From Malacoraja senta (Eukaryota), in NCBI GenBank assembly GCA_038087875.1, contig CM075990.1:682001-746000 (forward strand): a stretch of DNA of 64,000 nucleotides, read 5' to 3'. Both the position numbers and the translations under genes were made by a program. Shown in pieces: positions 61,468 through 64,000 of the stretch. The stretch's first letter is position 1; the number at the start of each line of letters is the position of its first letter. The notes beneath the pieces are model-generated. The model was not told where the DNA came from. It made no database searches and saw nothing but the letters and a program-made list of their open reading frames with translations.

Positions 61468-63590
61468 GCGGCACAGTGGTAGAGTTGCTGCCTTACAGCG
61501 CTTTCAGCGCCAGGCACTCGGATTTGATGTGGGTCCCTTGAAGGCAGACACGGGTGAGATTATTATGGGGAACAAGGAAATGGCAGAAGAGTTGAACAGG
61601 TACTTCGGATCTCTCTTCACTAAGGAAGACACAAACAATCTCCCAGAAGTACTGGAGGACAGAGGATTTAAGAGGGTCGAGGAACTGAAAAAAAATTTCA
61701 TTGGGCGAGAAATAGTTTGGGTAGGCTAATGGGACTGAAGGATGATAAATCCCCGGGGCCTGATGGACTGCATCCCAGGGTCCTCAGGGAGGTGGCTCTA
61801 GAAATAGTGGATGCATTGGTGATAATTTTCCAATGTTCAATAGATTCAGGATCAGTTCCTGTGGATTGGAGGATAGCTAATGTTATCCCACTTTTCAAGA
61901 AAGGAGCAAGAGAGAAAATGGGGAATTACAGACCAGTTAGCCTGACTTCAGTGGTGGGAAAGATGCTGGAGTCAATTATTAAAGAAGTAATAATGGGGCA
62001 TTTGGATAGCAGTAAAAGGATTAGTCCAAGTCAACATGGATTTATGAAAGGGAAATCATGCTTGACTAATCTTCTGGAATTTTTTGAGGATGTGACAAGT
62101 AAAATGGATGAAGGGGAGCCAGTGGATGTAGTGTATCTAGACTTTCAGAAAGCCTTTGATGAGGTCCCGCACGGGAGACTGGTGACTAAAATTAGAGGTC
62201 ATGGTATTGGGGCTAGAGTGTTGACGTGGATAGAAAATTGGTTGGCAGACAGGAAGCAAAGAATAGGAGTGAACGGGTCCTTTTCAGAATGGCAGGCAGT
62301 GGCGAGTGGAGTGCCGCAAGACTCGGTGTTGGGGCCGCAACTGTTTACCATATATATACATGATTTGAAAGAGGGAATTAGGAGCAACACTAGCAAGTTT
62401 GCAGATGACACAAAGCTGGGTGGCAGTGTGAACTGTGAAGAGGATGTTAGGATGTTGCAGGGTGACCTGGACAGGTTGAGTGAGTGGGCTGATGCGTGGC
62501 AGTATAATATAGATAAATGTGAGGTTATCCACTTTGGTGACAAAAACAAGGGGGCAGATTATTATCTCAATGGGGTTAGGTAAGTGGGAGGTACAGCGAG
62601 ACCTGGGTGTCCTTGTACACCGGTCACCGAAAGTTAGCGTGCAGGTACAGCAGGCAGTGAAGAAAGCTAATGGAATGTTGGTCTTCATAACAAGAGGATT
62701 TCAGTATAGGAGTAGAGAGGTTCTTCTGCAGTTGTATAGGGCTCTGGTGAGACCACATCTGGAGTATTGCGTAGAGTTTTGGTTTGAGGAAGGACATCCT
62801 TGTGATTGAGGCAGTGCAGTGTAGGTTCATGAGATTGATCCCTGAGATGGCGGGACGGTCATATGAGGAAAGATTGAAAAGACTAGGCTTGTATTCACTG
62901 GAGTTTAGTAGGATGAGGGGGTATCTTATAGAAACATATAAAATTATATAAGGACTGGACAAGCTAGATGCAGGAAAAATGTTCCCAATGTTGGGCGAGT
63001 CCAGAACCTGGGGCCACAGTCTAAGAATAAAGGGGAGGCCATTGAGGTGAGAAAAAGAACTGAGGTGAGAAAAAACGTTTTCACCCAGAGAGTTGTGAAT
63101 TTGTGGAATTCCCTGCCACAGAGGGCAGTGGAGGCCAAATCACAGGATGGATTTAAGAGAGAGTTAGGTAGAGCTCTAAGGGACTAGTAAAATCAAGGGA
63201 TATGGGGAGAAGGCAGGCGCGGGTTATTGATTGGGGACGATCAGCCATGATCACAATGAACGGCGGTGCTGGCTCGAAGGGCCGAATGGCCTCCTCCTGC
63301 ACCTATTTTCTATGTTTCTTTGTTTCTATGTGTCTATGATCCTGACTATGAGTGCTGTCTGTACGGAGTTTGTACGTTCTCCCCGTGACCATGTGGGTTT
63401 TCGCTGAGATCTTCAGTTTCCTCCCACACTCCAAAGATGTACAGGTCTGTAGGTTAATTGGCTTTCTATAAATGTAAATTGTCCCTAGTGTGTGTAGGAT
63501 ACAAGGGTAGTGTTAATATGTGCGGATCGCTGGTCGGTGCAGACTCGGTGGGCCAAAGAGCCTGTTTCTATGCTGTATCTCTGAACTAAA
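61468..63590 (+). mobile_element. V-SINE split at its B box (61468-61529 and ~63341-63590) by a CR1 insertion
   Basis: ggatttgat | CR1 | (tgat)cctgactatg; tgat duplicated. Confidence 0.8.
61530..63336 (+). mobile_element. 5'-truncated CR1-like LINE (RT to 3' UTR)
   Basis: 288-aa open RT frame 61717-62583 with KFADDTKL; ttctatg tail. Confidence 0.92.
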
Positions 63591-63651
63591 AAAAAAGCAG
63601 TTGCCATACCAAGCTGTGATATACCCCAATATGTTTTCTATGGTACATCTG

Positions 63652-64000
63652 TATAACCATATAACCATATAACCATAACAGCACGGAAACAGGCCATCTC
63701 GGCCCTTCAAGTCCGTGCCGAACATTTAAATTTTTTTTTTATTTATTTTTTTTAATTAAAAATAAATACTTCCCCCTAGTCCCATCTACCTGCACTCAGA
63801 CCATAACCCTCCATTCCTTTCCCGTCCATATACCCATCCAATCTATTTTTAAAGGATAACATCGAACCTGCCTCCACCACTTCCACTGGAAGCTCATTCC
63901 ACACAGCTACCACTCTCTGAGTAAAGAAGTTCCCCCTAATGTTCCCCCTAAACTTCTGTCCCTTAATTCTCAAGTCATGTCCCCTTGTTTGAATCTTCCC
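63652..64000 (-). mobile_element. CR1-like 3' end with (ttatatgg)n tail
   Basis: FFTQRVVAVWNELP; internal A-rich tract in the 3' UTR. Confidence 0.85.

Overview
Eukaryotic, repeat-saturated intronic or intergenic DNA with no recognisable host gene. The repeat inventory (tRNA-headed V-SINE/HE1-like SINEs with (AAACT)n tails, CR1/HER1-like LINEs, Rex1/Babar LINEs, Penelope GIY-YIG fragments) points to a cartilaginous fish, probably a skate or ray (inference). Main elements: one intact 1039-aa Rex1/Babar LINE ORF (57245-60364) inserted into an older Rex1 copy; a structurally complete but decayed DIRS1 tyrosine-recombinase retrotransposon (18777-23617) inside an old Gypsy element stretched over ~13 kb by nested insertions; an internally deleted Gypsy with a tRNA-Leu-like PBS; several PIF/Harbinger MITEs (tandem and nested); Helentron-like non-autonomous elements carrying minisatellites; a TIR element with a Spindlin/Tudor-like fragment; and a 200-N gap. 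The most notable signals are ribozyme-bearing mini-retroelements. One is a ~208-bp non-coding insertion (8744-8951, minus) that starts exactly at G1 of an HDV-like double-pseudoknot fold, ends in (GAA)n and has a 13-bp TSD. The others are many short Penelope-derived, hammerhead-like modules, often palindromic, with their own TSDs. Family assignments come from motif recognition only; boundaries of decayed repeats are approximate.
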